The notes below the pieces were generated by a model. That model saw only the letters and a list, made by a program, of their open reading frames with translations. It made no database searches and was not told the origin of the DNA. The translations under genes and the position numbers were made by a program. From Candidatus Bilamarchaeaceae archaeon (GTDB taxonomy: Archaea > Micrarchaeota > Micrarchaeia > Anstonellales > Bilamarchaeaceae), in NCBI GenBank assembly GCA_038870635.1, contig JAVZJR010000001.1:90133-154132 (forward strand): DNA of 64,000 bases, given 5' to 3'. Of the stretch, positions 18,600 to 27,465 are shown one piece after another. Every line of letters begins with the position of its first letter. Position 1 is the stretch's first letter.

Positions 18600-19622
18600 T
18601 TGAAAATAAAGAAAATATTAGCAACACTTATTTTTCTATTCCTTTTAGTACTCACTCTCTTATATCTAGAACAAAAACAAGAAAATGAAAAACCACAAGA
18701 AAATTGCGGCAATCTAAGTATTTACATAATAAATGTAAGCCAAGCAGATTCTATTTTAATAATCACACCGCAAAACAAAACAATACTAATAGATTCGGGC
18801 TCTTCTATAACTAAAAACTCAAGCAAAGCAGTAGTGGAATTTTTAAAAGCGCGAGGTGTAAAAACAGTGGATATTTTTATAGCAACACATTATCACGAAG
18901 ACCACATAGGAGGGGTACCGCTGATTTTCAAAAATTTTGAAGTTAAACAAGTATATGACAATGGAAATTGCGGCAATTATAGTAGCGAAAGTCAGAGAAA
19001 GTATGTGGAATACACAAAGCTAATCAATCGAAAAATTGTCTCAAAAAACGAACAATTGAATATTGATAATTGTATTAACAGCAGTATAATCGTGCCCTAC
19101 GCAACTATGGGTTGCCAACCTAGCCATAAGGATACTAAACTAGAAAATGAAAATTCAATAGTGGTTTATATAAAATACAAAAATACCTCTTTCTTACTTG
19201 CTGGCGACTGTGAACAAAAATGCGAAACGGAATTAGTAAAGAGGTACAACATATCAGCAAATTTATTGAAAATAAATCATCATGGAAGCGATACTTCTTC
19301 TACTAAAGAGTTTTTGAGTATGGCAAATGCGACTTATTTTGTTATTTCCACTAATAAAGACAGGAGTGCAGAGTTAAATTACTACCATCCTCGTGCAGCG
19401 ATGCTTAGCAGAATCTACATTCACGGAGCACGCCTTGGTACTTTCTTCCGCACTGATCTGAACGGAAATATAGCTATAACATCAGATGGAACAAAGATAA
19501 ATGTAGAAGCAGACTATCTTGTAGATGAATGCGAACTTTTTAGTGGTTATTACTCAAATAACTTCTACTCTTACAAGCCAATAGAAGAGTTGAAACAAAA
19601 ATGCGCAAACAATTTAAACTGA
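18600..19622 (+). CDS. Membrane-anchored metallo-beta-lactamase-fold hydrolase (ComEC/Rec2 C-terminal-like)
   Basis: QADSILI, THYHEDHIGG, NENSIV, LLAGD, HHGS, YYHP, RTDLNG.I; single N-terminal TM. Confidence 0.88.
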   Translation: MKIKKILATLIFLFLLVLTLLYLEQKQENEKPQENCGNLSIYIINVSQADSILIITPQNKTILIDSGSSITKNSSKAVVEFLKARGVKTVDIFIATHYHEDHIGGVPLIFKNFEVKQVYDNGNCGNYSSESQRKYVEYTKLINRKIVSKNEQLNIDNCINSSIIVPYATMGCQPSHKDTKLENENSIVVYIKYKNTSFLLAGDCEQKCETELVKRYNISANLLKINHHGSDTSSTKEFLSMANATYFVISTNKDRSAELNYYHPRAAMLSRIYIHGARLGTFFRTDLNGNIAITSDGTKINVEADYLVDECELFSGYYSNNFYSYKPIEELKQKCANNLN

Positions 19623-19631
19623 ATAAGAGAA

Positions 19632-21362
19632 ATGAGGAATATGCTTTTTGAGGATGTTGTAAAAGTATTTGACAAAGTTGAAGAAAAAAGCGGCCGCATC
19701 GAGATGACTAACATTCTTGCAGAACTATTTAACAAAGCAACTTCTGCGGAAATAGAGAAAATAGTCTATTTTGTGCAAGGCATTGTTGCACCACCTTACG
19801 AGGGAGTAGAGTTAGGGATGGGGGAGAGGTTTGCTATTGCTGCAATAGCAAGTGCCACAGGCTACTCTGCCCAGGAAGTTGATGAGAATTATAAAAAAAC
19901 AGGCGACCTTGGCATAACAGCAGAAAATTTTCTCAAAAAAAAGAAACAGCGTTCTCTTTTTGCAAATCCGATTGATGTAATCCACCTTCATGAATCATTG
20001 GTAAGAATAGCAAAAGCAAGTGGACCAGGAAGCACAGAACTTAAGAAAAAATATTTAGTCGAACTGCTAAACAACGCAACTCCTCTCGAAGCGAGATACA
20101 TCGTGCGTTTTGTTCTTGGAAGATTACGTCTTGGTGTTGGTGACCCAACCATCCTAGATGCACTTTCAGTTGCAAAATTTGGTGACAAATCCTGGCGAGA
20201 AAAATTAGAAAGAGCATACAATGTCTGCGCAGATATGGGTTATGTAGCAAAACTTTTTTATGAAAATGAAAAAAATATAGATAAGTTTAAAGTGCAACCA
20301 TTCAAACCTCTTATGCCTGCACTTGCAGAAAGGCTAAGCACCGCCGAAGAAATAATAGAGAAGATAGGTGTATGTGCGGTAGAAGGAAAATACGACGGTT
20401 TTCGTTTGCAAGTTCACAAAAAAGGGAATGAAGTTGAGCTTTACTCACGTAGGTTAGACAAGATGACAAAAATGTTTCCTGAAATTGTAGATGCGGTGAA
20501 AAGATTACCAGTAGATAGTATAATATTTGAAGGTGAAGCGCTTGCTTATAATGCCAAAGAGCGTAAATATTATTCCTTCCAGCAAACAATGCAAAGAAAA
20601 AGAAAACATAGAATAAGTGAAAAAGCAGAAGAACTGCCGCTGAATTTATTTTGTTTTGATATCCTTTATGTTAATGAAAAAGATTACACACAAGAACCAT
20701 ATAAAGTAAGAAGAAAAAAATTAGAAGAGGTGTTTAGAGAAAATGAAGTTCTTAAAGCAAGTGAGCAGCACATCGTCAAAACAGCAAAAGAATTACAAAA
20801 GTTATTTAAGGAAGCAATCGAGCGCGGTCTTGAAGGAGTGATGGCAAAAGACCTTGAAGCACCATATACAGCAGGAAAAAGAAAATTTGCATGGATAAAA
20901 CTGAAAAAATCATATGGTCAAGCAGTAGATACAATAGATGGTATTATTGTTGGTTATTATTTAGGAAAAGGCTCAAGGGCACAATTTGAATTCGGTGGTC
21001 TTTTGGTCGCAGTGTATAACTCAGATAATGGAAGATTAGAAACGGTTGCTAAAATTGGTTCTGGTTTTAGCGAAGAAGAAATGGTTATGCTAAAGGAAAT
21101 GTTAGACAAGATAAAAAGAACTGCGCCCCCTGCAAATGTTAGTTACAAAATAGAACCTGATTTTTGGGTAGAGCCAAAATATGTAATAGAAGTTGCATTT
21201 GACGACATTACACTTTCACCAGTCCATACTTGTGGATTACGTGGTGATAAGGGATATGCTCTTCGTTTTCCACGAATGATTCGCTTAAGAGAAGACAAAG
21301 GAATAAATGAAGCGACAACAACAGACGAAGTAAAGGAAATGTATGAAAAACAAAAAAAATAA
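19632..21362 (+). CDS. lig: ATP-dependent DNA ligase
   Basis: KYDGFR adenylation motif, EGE, FDIL, EGVMAK, WIKLK, LRFPR. Confidence 0.97.
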   Translation: MRNMLFEDVVKVFDKVEEKSGRIEMTNILAELFNKATSAEIEKIVYFVQGIVAPPYEGVELGMGERFAIAAIASATGYSAQEVDENYKKTGDLGITAENFLKKKKQRSLFANPIDVIHLHESLVRIAKASGPGSTELKKKYLVELLNNATPLEARYIVRFVLGRLRLGVGDPTILDALSVAKFGDKSWREKLERAYNVCADMGYVAKLFYENEKNIDKFKVQPFKPLMPALAERLSTAEEIIEKIGVCAVEGKYDGFRLQVHKKGNEVELYSRRLDKMTKMFPEIVDAVKRLPVDSIIFEGEALAYNAKERKYYSFQQTMQRKRKHRISEKAEELPLNLFCFDILYVNEKDYTQEPYKVRRKKLEEVFRENEVLKASEQHIVKTAKELQKLFKEAIERGLEGVMAKDLEAPYTAGKRKFAWIKLKKSYGQAVDTIDGIIVGYYLGKGSRAQFEFGGLLVAVYNSDNGRLETVAKIGSGFSEEEMVMLKEMLDKIKRTAPPANVSYKIEPDFWVEPKYVIEVAFDDITLSPVHTCGLRGDKGYALRFPRMIRLREDKGINEATTTDEVKEMYEKQKK

Positions 21363-24047
21363 TTACTTCCTCTCACCATATTTCTCTAAGAATAATTCAT
21401 AGGTGCGCAGCATTGATGGCGTAATTGAGGGCCTACGAACAGATATTATAGCCAAAAGATCATCTGTTGTTATTTTTGGCTTTGCAACACCTTCTAATTT
21501 CTTTCTAAGAGCCTGCATCTTTGCGCTTTGGCATATCGAAGCAATGTCTGCACCGCTATAACCATCTGTTGCTTTTGCCACTGCATCAAGATTTACCCCC
21601 TCTCCATATTCTCCAAGGTGAATCTTGAACATTTCCTTTCTCGTATTTTCGTCGGGCGGCGGAATGTAGAATATCTTATCGAATCTGCCTGGCCTTAACA
21701 ACGCTTTATCTATTAAATCTGGCATGTTTGTCGCAGCGATTACTACCACTCCTTTAAGTTCTTTTATCCCATCCATCTCTGTCAAGAATTGACCAACGAC
21801 ATCAGAAGTAGCGCCTATTCCTCTTGCAGGTGCAAAGGTCTCTATTTCATCAATGAAAAGTATCGATGGAGCGTTCTCACGAGCACGATTAAATGCTTCT
21901 TTTATAATAGAAGTTGCTTTATAAAAGCCCTCTTTGCTTAAATCCGCACCGCTTAATGTTTGGAAAGAAACATGCAATTCATTTGCTGCAGCCTTTACTA
22001 GAAGGGTTTTACCAGTACCTGGCGGCCCGAAAAGAAGAATACCCTTACTCGGCTTTATCTTAAATTCTTTCATTAAATCTTCCCTAAGAAGTGGAAGCTC
22101 TATTGCTTCTAAAAGTGCCCTTTTAACCTCTTCCATACCGGCAACATCTTTCCAACTAACCTCTTTTTCCTCAACTTCTTCAACTTTTGTTATTGCACTT
22201 CTTTCGAAATCCATTCTAAACTTTTCGTATTCATCTAATTGCTCAAAAGTAGTGCTCGGCTTTATCTTCTTAAGAAGCAAGAGGAAGTGTTCCATTGTAA
22301 TAGGTACCACTTTACCTGCCATTTCAGCTTCTTTTGCAGCCAATCTTTTAGCTTCAGTTACTAAATTTTTGAGGTCAGCACCTGAGAATCTATCTGTTTT
22401 TTTTGCAAGAATATCAAAATCAATATCAGGAGATAAAGGAATTTTTCGTGTGAGTTTTTTCAGTATATCTTTTCTTGCTGCTAAGTCTGGTAGGTGCATG
22501 TATATTATTTTGTCAAATCTACCAGGTCGCAGAAGAGCAGGGTCAAGTTGATTTGGAATATTTGTAGTTCCAACAACAATAAGATTTGCTTTTGTCTTTA
22601 CTGCGCCGTCCATTTCTTGAAGCATAGTGCTGAGAATACGTGGGGTAACTTCATCAGTACCTCCTTTTTGTCTCTTTTTTCCGATGACATCTATCTCATC
22701 AAAGAAAAGTATCGCAGGGGCCATTTTCCTCGCTTTTTCAAAAACCTCAACAACATTCTTTTCAGATTCGCCATACCATTCACTCATAATGTTAGCGCAT
22801 TTTACTTCAATAAAGTTGTATTTCAATTCTTTTGCAAGTGCCCTCATAAGCATTGTTTTACCTGTACCTGGAGGACCAAAAAGAAGAATTCCTGAAGGCG
22901 GTTTTATACCATAAGCAAGAGCAATTTCTTTTTTCTCAAGAGGAGTTATTATTGCCTCTTTAAGTTCTTGCTTAACATCTTCATAACCACCAACATCATC
23001 CAAAGTTTCCGTACTTGCAGCACCTACATCTTTAAAACCAAACTTATCATAGGCTTTCATTCTATCGGCTTTTTCAAGCTCTGCTTCTTTGCTTATCTTA
23101 ATGCCAAAATGTTCAGCTACTGCTAAGACAACTATTGAAAGTAAAATCAATAAAGTAAAATTAATACTCAAACCGCTTGTTCCAGAAACCACTCCTGCAA
23201 AATAATAAAAAGGCAACAGCAATAAAAGCAAAAGAGCAGAAATGGTTTGGGAATTTTTTTTCAAACGGCCGGAGACGTAGGACATGGCAAATAACACAAC
23301 AGACCAGCCTGCTATTTGAATAAAACCAGAATCCTTGAAAAGCAATATTACACTTTGACCTAGTATAACCAAAAGGCCCTCAAATAACTGAGAGATACTT
23401 TCAAAACTAATAAAATTTGAAAAAAGCGCTGGAATTAAATTTAACTCGCTTAACGCAACGGCCGACCTACTTATCTTCAACGGATTGTCTGGAGAATAAA
23501 GGTTTAGATTTATCGAAAAATAAGCTGTATTTTGTACAAAAAATAAAGAAGACAACAGAAGGATAAGAAAAACAGATGGCGCGGCAACTAACACACTCTT
23601 TTTTGAACCAAAATAATATGAAGCGCAAGCCATACCTAAAATAGAAAAGAAACCGCCAAAAGGAAGACCACCAAAGCTAAATGGTGCGAAAATAAGTATT
23701 TGCAGAATAGATATTAGTAGTTGGTGTTCGAAAACCTCAAAAGCCACTAAAATTAAAACTAATAAAAAAACCCAACCCAATGCAAAAGACTGGTAAATAA
23801 AAGCAGGTAGAGCCAATATAAAAGAAATAAGAGTTGCTATAGGTGGACTAAAGTAAGATATAATAGCGCAAAAAATTGCTAAAAGAAACACAAGAAAAAT
23901 AGGGTAGAATGGAATGGCGGACAGCATAAGAAGAGTTGCAAGAAACACAAAAATAAAAATAGGAAATTTCTCATTTTCTCGTACCATCTGTATATAAGCC
24001 TTTATTTTATTTGCTTCTAAACTTTGATCTATCTGTTTTAATGCCAT
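21363..24047 (-). CDS. Polytopic membrane domain fused to tandem Cdc48-type AAA+ ATPase domains
   Basis: About 300 hydrophobic N-terminal residues; two GPPGTGKT Walker A, DEID/DEIE Walker B, two ALLRPGRFD arginine-finger motifs. Confidence 0.9.
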   Translation of the reverse strand: MALKQIDQSLEANKIKAYIQMVRENEKFPIFIFVFLATLLMLSAIPFYPIFLVFLLAIFCAIISYFSPPIATLISFILALPAFIYQSFALGWVFLLVLILVAFEVFEHQLLISILQILIFAPFSFGGLPFGGFFSILGMACASYYFGSKKSVLVAAPSVFLILLLSSLFFVQNTAYFSINLNLYSPDNPLKISRSAVALSELNLIPALFSNFISFESISQLFEGLLVILGQSVILLFKDSGFIQIAGWSVVLFAMSYVSGRLKKNSQTISALLLLLLLPFYYFAGVVSGTSGLSINFTLLILLSIVVLAVAEHFGIKISKEAELEKADRMKAYDKFGFKDVGAASTETLDDVGGYEDVKQELKEAIITPLEKKEIALAYGIKPPSGILLFGPPGTGKTMLMRALAKELKYNFIEVKCANIMSEWYGESEKNVVEVFEKARKMAPAILFFDEIDVIGKKRQKGGTDEVTPRILSTMLQEMDGAVKTKANLIVVGTTNIPNQLDPALLRPGRFDKIIYMHLPDLAARKDILKKLTRKIPLSPDIDFDILAKKTDRFSGADLKNLVTEAKRLAAKEAEMAGKVVPITMEHFLLLLKKIKPSTTFEQLDEYEKFRMDFERSAITKVEEVEEKEVSWKDVAGMEEVKRALLEAIELPLLREDLMKEFKIKPSKGILLFGPPGTGKTLLVKAAANELHVSFQTLSGADLSKEGFYKATSIIKEAFNRARENAPSILFIDEIETFAPARGIGATSDVVGQFLTEMDGIKELKGVVVIAATNMPDLIDKALLRPGRFDKIFYIPPPDENTRKEMFKIHLGEYGEGVNLDAVAKATDGYSGADIASICQSAKMQALRKKLEGVAKPKITTDDLLAIISVRRPSITPSMLRTYELFLEKYGERK

Positions 24048-24075
24048 GGATTAAATTCAAACAAAAAACTTTTAT

Positions 24076-25512
24076 TTAGTACTGCCGAGCAGCATAAACG
24101 TAAACAGTTGCTTCTTTTTCACACGCTATGCATTTTTTTCCTTCTGGCTTTTCGTTATTACCGAAAAGCGTCCCTCTTATATTAGCATGACAGTGCTCTT
24201 TTACAATATCAGCGCATTTTTCACCTTCTTTTTGATCAGTACAAAAAGGTACTTTAACAAAACCAAATTTTTCAAGTTTCTTTTCTAAATCCTCTAACGA
24301 ATCTGCTGATGATATTTGAGATTTAAACCAATCATCTGCACGTTTAATAAGATTTTTTAAAAGCTCTTCTCTTATTTTCTCTATTTCAGTTTTGAGATTA
24401 TCCTCTTTAACTTCAATTTTTTCCTTGGTGTCTCTTCTGAATACAGTAACCACTCCTTTTTCGATATCACGTTTTCCAACTTCTAAGCGTACCGGAACCC
24501 CTTTCATCTCCCAATAGTTAAACTTTGCTCCTGGCGTTTCCTCACTGCGATCGATTTTAACCGAGTAATCCTCTTTTAAGCGTTTTTCTAATTCTTCACA
24601 TTTTTTGAAAACCTCTTCTGCAGTAGCTGCTTTTATTATTGGTACAATTATTATCTGTAAAGGAGCCAGGTCAAAAGGCAAGACTAAACCTTTCTCATCA
24701 CCATGTGTTGCAAACACAGCAGCATATATTCTTGAAATCGCCGGCCCATAACAAGTTTGCCAAACGTATTGCTCTTTTTCATTTTCGTCCATATACTTTA
24801 TACCAAAGGCTTTTGAGAAATTTTGGCCAAGCATATGCGTGCTTGGAAGTTGAAGCACTCTCCTATCAGGTAAAAGAGTATCTGCTGCATACGTGTCTAC
24901 TGCACCTGCAAACTTATCCCATTGTGGCCTTTTGAAAAATAAAAAAGGCACCCCAAATTTTTGGTGTATTATATTCTCTGCCATCTCCATATCTTCTCTT
25001 ACTTGTGCTTCTGCTTCTTCTTTTGTTGCAAAGCAATCGTGCGCCTCTATCCAATAAAACTCTCTTGAACGAATAAAAGGTTTTGTTGCTTTTGTTTCAT
25101 AACGCCATACTTGACAACGCTGGTATATTTTTAGAGGTAAATCTTTTTTCCCATGTATCCAAAGAGAATACATCGTATACATGGCGGTTTCACTGGTTGG
25201 CCTCATCGCAAGTCTTTCATCAAGTGGGTTGTTTCCGGCAGCAGTAACCCAAAAAACTTCTGGTACAAACCCTTGAACATGCTCGCTTTCTTTTGTAAAA
25301 TAACTTTCCGGTATAAGCGCTGGAAAAAGAGCAGGGACATGGCCCCTTTTTTGCAGCTCTTTCTCGTACATTTCATACATTTTATTCATTGTCATGACTG
25401 CCCAAGGAAGAAAAACTACAAAACCTTTTACACCATAACGAATATCGCAAAGTTCTGCTTCTTTTATTAACTGATTGTACCATTCTGAGAAGTTTGATTT
25501 GTCTAATTGCAC
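24076..25512 (-). CDS. proS: Proline--tRNA ligase (archaeal/eukaryotic type)
   Basis: RPTSET, VWRYE..ATKPFIRSREF, GQNFSKAF, C-terminal AARQY; GTG start. Confidence 0.97.
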   Translation of the reverse strand: MQLDKSNFSEWYNQLIKEAELCDIRYGVKGFVVFLPWAVMTMNKMYEMYEKELQKRGHVPALFPALIPESYFTKESEHVQGFVPEVFWVTAAGNNPLDERLAMRPTSETAMYTMYSLWIHGKKDLPLKIYQRCQVWRYETKATKPFIRSREFYWIEAHDCFATKEEAEAQVREDMEMAENIIHQKFGVPFLFFKRPQWDKFAGAVDTYAADTLLPDRRVLQLPSTHMLGQNFSKAFGIKYMDENEKEQYVWQTCYGPAISRIYAAVFATHGDEKGLVLPFDLAPLQIIIVPIIKAATAEEVFKKCEELEKRLKEDYSVKIDRSEETPGAKFNYWEMKGVPVRLEVGKRDIEKGVVTVFRRDTKEKIEVKEDNLKTEIEKIREELLKNLIKRADDWFKSQISSADSLEDLEKKLEKFGFVKVPFCTDQKEGEKCADIVKEHCHANIRGTLFGNNEKPEGKKCIACEKEATVYVYAARQY

Positions 25513-25585
25513 AATAACACCAAATTGATGTTTATAGAAAGAATTTAAAAATAGTAAAATTTGAAAAACTTAAAAAAATAAAAAA

Positions 25586-25666
25586 TTATTTCTTCTTTTT
25601 TGATTTCTTTTTTGAAGTTTTCTTTTTTGTTGCTTTTGATTTACAACTCTTACAACCACATGCCAT
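25586..25666 (-). CDS. 26-aa Cys/Lys-rich peptide (not in ORF track)
   Basis: MACGCKSCKSKATKKKTSKKKSKKKK; GGTGAT-gta-ATG SD; TTTAAATA box about 30 nt upstream; T tract after the stop. Confidence 0.65.
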   Translation of the reverse strand: MACGCKSCKSKATKKKTSKKKSKKKK

Positions 25667-25741
25667 TACATCACCAATTAAATACTCACCAACTTATATT
25701 TAAATTTTATTCTGTCAAATAAATACAGATAAAGTGAGCAA

Positions 25742-27031
25742 ATGGATTTTATAGAAGCGTGCGCTGAATCAAAGAAAATCGCTTTTTCATTCTCTAATCC
25801 GCTTATCGTCCATCACTATGACACAGATGGTATTACTTCCGGGGCAATAGTATGCGCTGCTTTTTTAGAGAACAATAAAAAATTTAGACGTCTATGTATA
25901 AAAAAACTTGACGATATCGCAATAGACAAGCTATCACATGAGAAAGAAATCATTTTTGTAGACCTAGGAGGAGGAAATAAAAGAGTTAACGAACTTAAAG
26001 ATGTGGTTATATTGGATCATCATCAAACTACAGGTATAGAAAAATTTCAGATAAATCCCCATCTTTATGGCATTGACGGGAGTACAGAAATGTCAGCATC
26101 TGGTGTCGCATATTTTGTTTTTAAAACTAAAATAGAACTTGCTATAACTGGAGCAGTAGGTGACATGCAAGCCCCTTTTGTAGGAAAAAATAGGGAATTG
26201 CTCGACATAGGGGAAAAAGAAGGCAGGGTGCGAAGAGAGCAAGACCTTTGCTTTTATGGAAGATATTCTCGCCCATTAGTACAATTCCTTGAATACAATG
26301 ATGAACCCTATATTCCAGGAATATCATATCGTGAAGACAAGTGTATCAACTTGCTTCAATCTCTTCGTATAGAAATAAAGAAAGGTGAAAAATACAGAAC
26401 ATATGCGGATTTAACAAAAGAGGAAAAAAAGGCACTTGTTTCTGCACTTGCAGACATTTTAATAGAGCGTGGCAAGATAAAATCTATTAGCGAACTTATA
26501 GGTGAAAGTTATGTTTTTACAAACCATCAACTAAATGAAAGTTATGAAGCTGGGGAATTCTCTACTCTCCTAAATGCTTGTGGAAGACATAAAAGAGACG
26601 ATATAGGTATCGGAGTTGCTTTGGGTAACGAGAAGTTTTTTGATGAGGCGCGAAAACTCTTACACCATCACAGAGTTATGCTTAAAAATGGTGTGGAACA
26701 CGCGAACACAAGTCTGCAAAATCTTGGGCCTTTTTATCTTATAGATGGACGAGAAATGATAGATGAAAGTATAATAGGAATAGTTTGCGGGATGGTTAAT
26801 CGAAGTGAGTGGGGGAAACCAGTTTTAGGAATAGCAAGAAGTGAAAAAGGTCAGTTAAAAGCATCTGTCCGTGGAAAAGGAAAAAATCTTGGACTCGCTA
26901 TAAAAAAAGCAGCAGAAAAATGCGGCGGTGTGGGAGGAGGTCACACGGTAGCAGCTGGTGCTTCCTTTCCAGAAAAAAATTTAGATGATTTCATTCTTTT
27001 CTTCGCAGAAGAACTAAACAAACAAAATTAG
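25742..27031 (+). CDS. RecJ-like DHH/DHHA1 nuclease (GAN/HAN family)
   Basis: HYDTDG, DLG, DHH, GAVGDMQ, GGGHTVAAG. Confidence 0.9.
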   Translation: MDFIEACAESKKIAFSFSNPLIVHHYDTDGITSGAIVCAAFLENNKKFRRLCIKKLDDIAIDKLSHEKEIIFVDLGGGNKRVNELKDVVILDHHQTTGIEKFQINPHLYGIDGSTEMSASGVAYFVFKTKIELAITGAVGDMQAPFVGKNRELLDIGEKEGRVRREQDLCFYGRYSRPLVQFLEYNDEPYIPGISYREDKCINLLQSLRIEIKKGEKYRTYADLTKEEKKALVSALADILIERGKIKSISELIGESYVFTNHQLNESYEAGEFSTLLNACGRHKRDDIGIGVALGNEKFFDEARKLLHHHRVMLKNGVEHANTSLQNLGPFYLIDGREMIDESIIGIVCGMVNRSEWGKPVLGIARSEKGQLKASVRGKGKNLGLAIKKAAEKCGGVGGGHTVAAGASFPEKNLDDFILFFAEELNKQN

Positions 27032-27124
27032 GCAAATGCCGAAAATTTAACAAAAAAATTTATAAATAAATTTGTTTTTTTGTGTTTTGCAAAAAAAAGA
27101 TTAACACTAATGCTGGGGGTATTA

Positions 27125-27433
27125 ATGAGAGGTCGTTTTATTGTTAAAGACTTAGAGAAAAAACTTGACTTAGAGAAAAAACTTCGACCAATAATTAATT
27201 GGCGTAATCCTGCATTAGGAAAATTTTATTATCCGAAAGGTTTGAGAAGGAAAAAATTTAAAAAATCACCCGACACCTTTAGAAAAATAAAAAAACCATT
27301 AATAGAAGATAGCTCGATATTTAAACCATCGAAAGTGATAAGTGGTAAAGAACCAGAAAAAATTTTCTATCCTTCAAAAGTTATATCTAAAAAGATAAAT
27401 ACTGTCCCTATTAAAAACAGCAAAACATTTTAA
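27125..27433 (+). CDS. Hypothetical basic protein
   Basis: ATG 27125 after GGGGGT; Lys/Arg-rich; internal repeats. Confidence 0.5.
   Translation: MRGRFIVKDLEKKLDLEKKLRPIINWRNPALGKFYYPKGLRRKKFKKSPDTFRKIKKPLIEDSSIFKPSKVISGKEPEKIFYPSKVISKKINTVPIKNSKTF
27149..27184 (+). repeat. Perfect 18-bp tandem duplication (GACTTAGAGAAAAAACTT x2)
   Basis: Directly visible; encodes DLEKKL twice in frame. Confidence 0.9.
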
Positions 27434-27465
27434 CCATAACGTATTATAAGAATGGAAGGGAGAAG

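Noticed and set aside
18445..21362. tRNA-anchored integrated element at tRNA-Tyr (likewise at tRNA-Ser, 2084-2167)
   Set aside because: No integrase, no duplicated tRNA 3' end seen, and flanking genes are ordinary chromosomal genes
21934..22914. Long antisense ORFs over the AAA gene (similar ones over dnaK, purH, pepA, alaS)
   Set aside because: Ser/Phe/Leu-rich mirror frames of A-rich sense codons, with no motifs or SD
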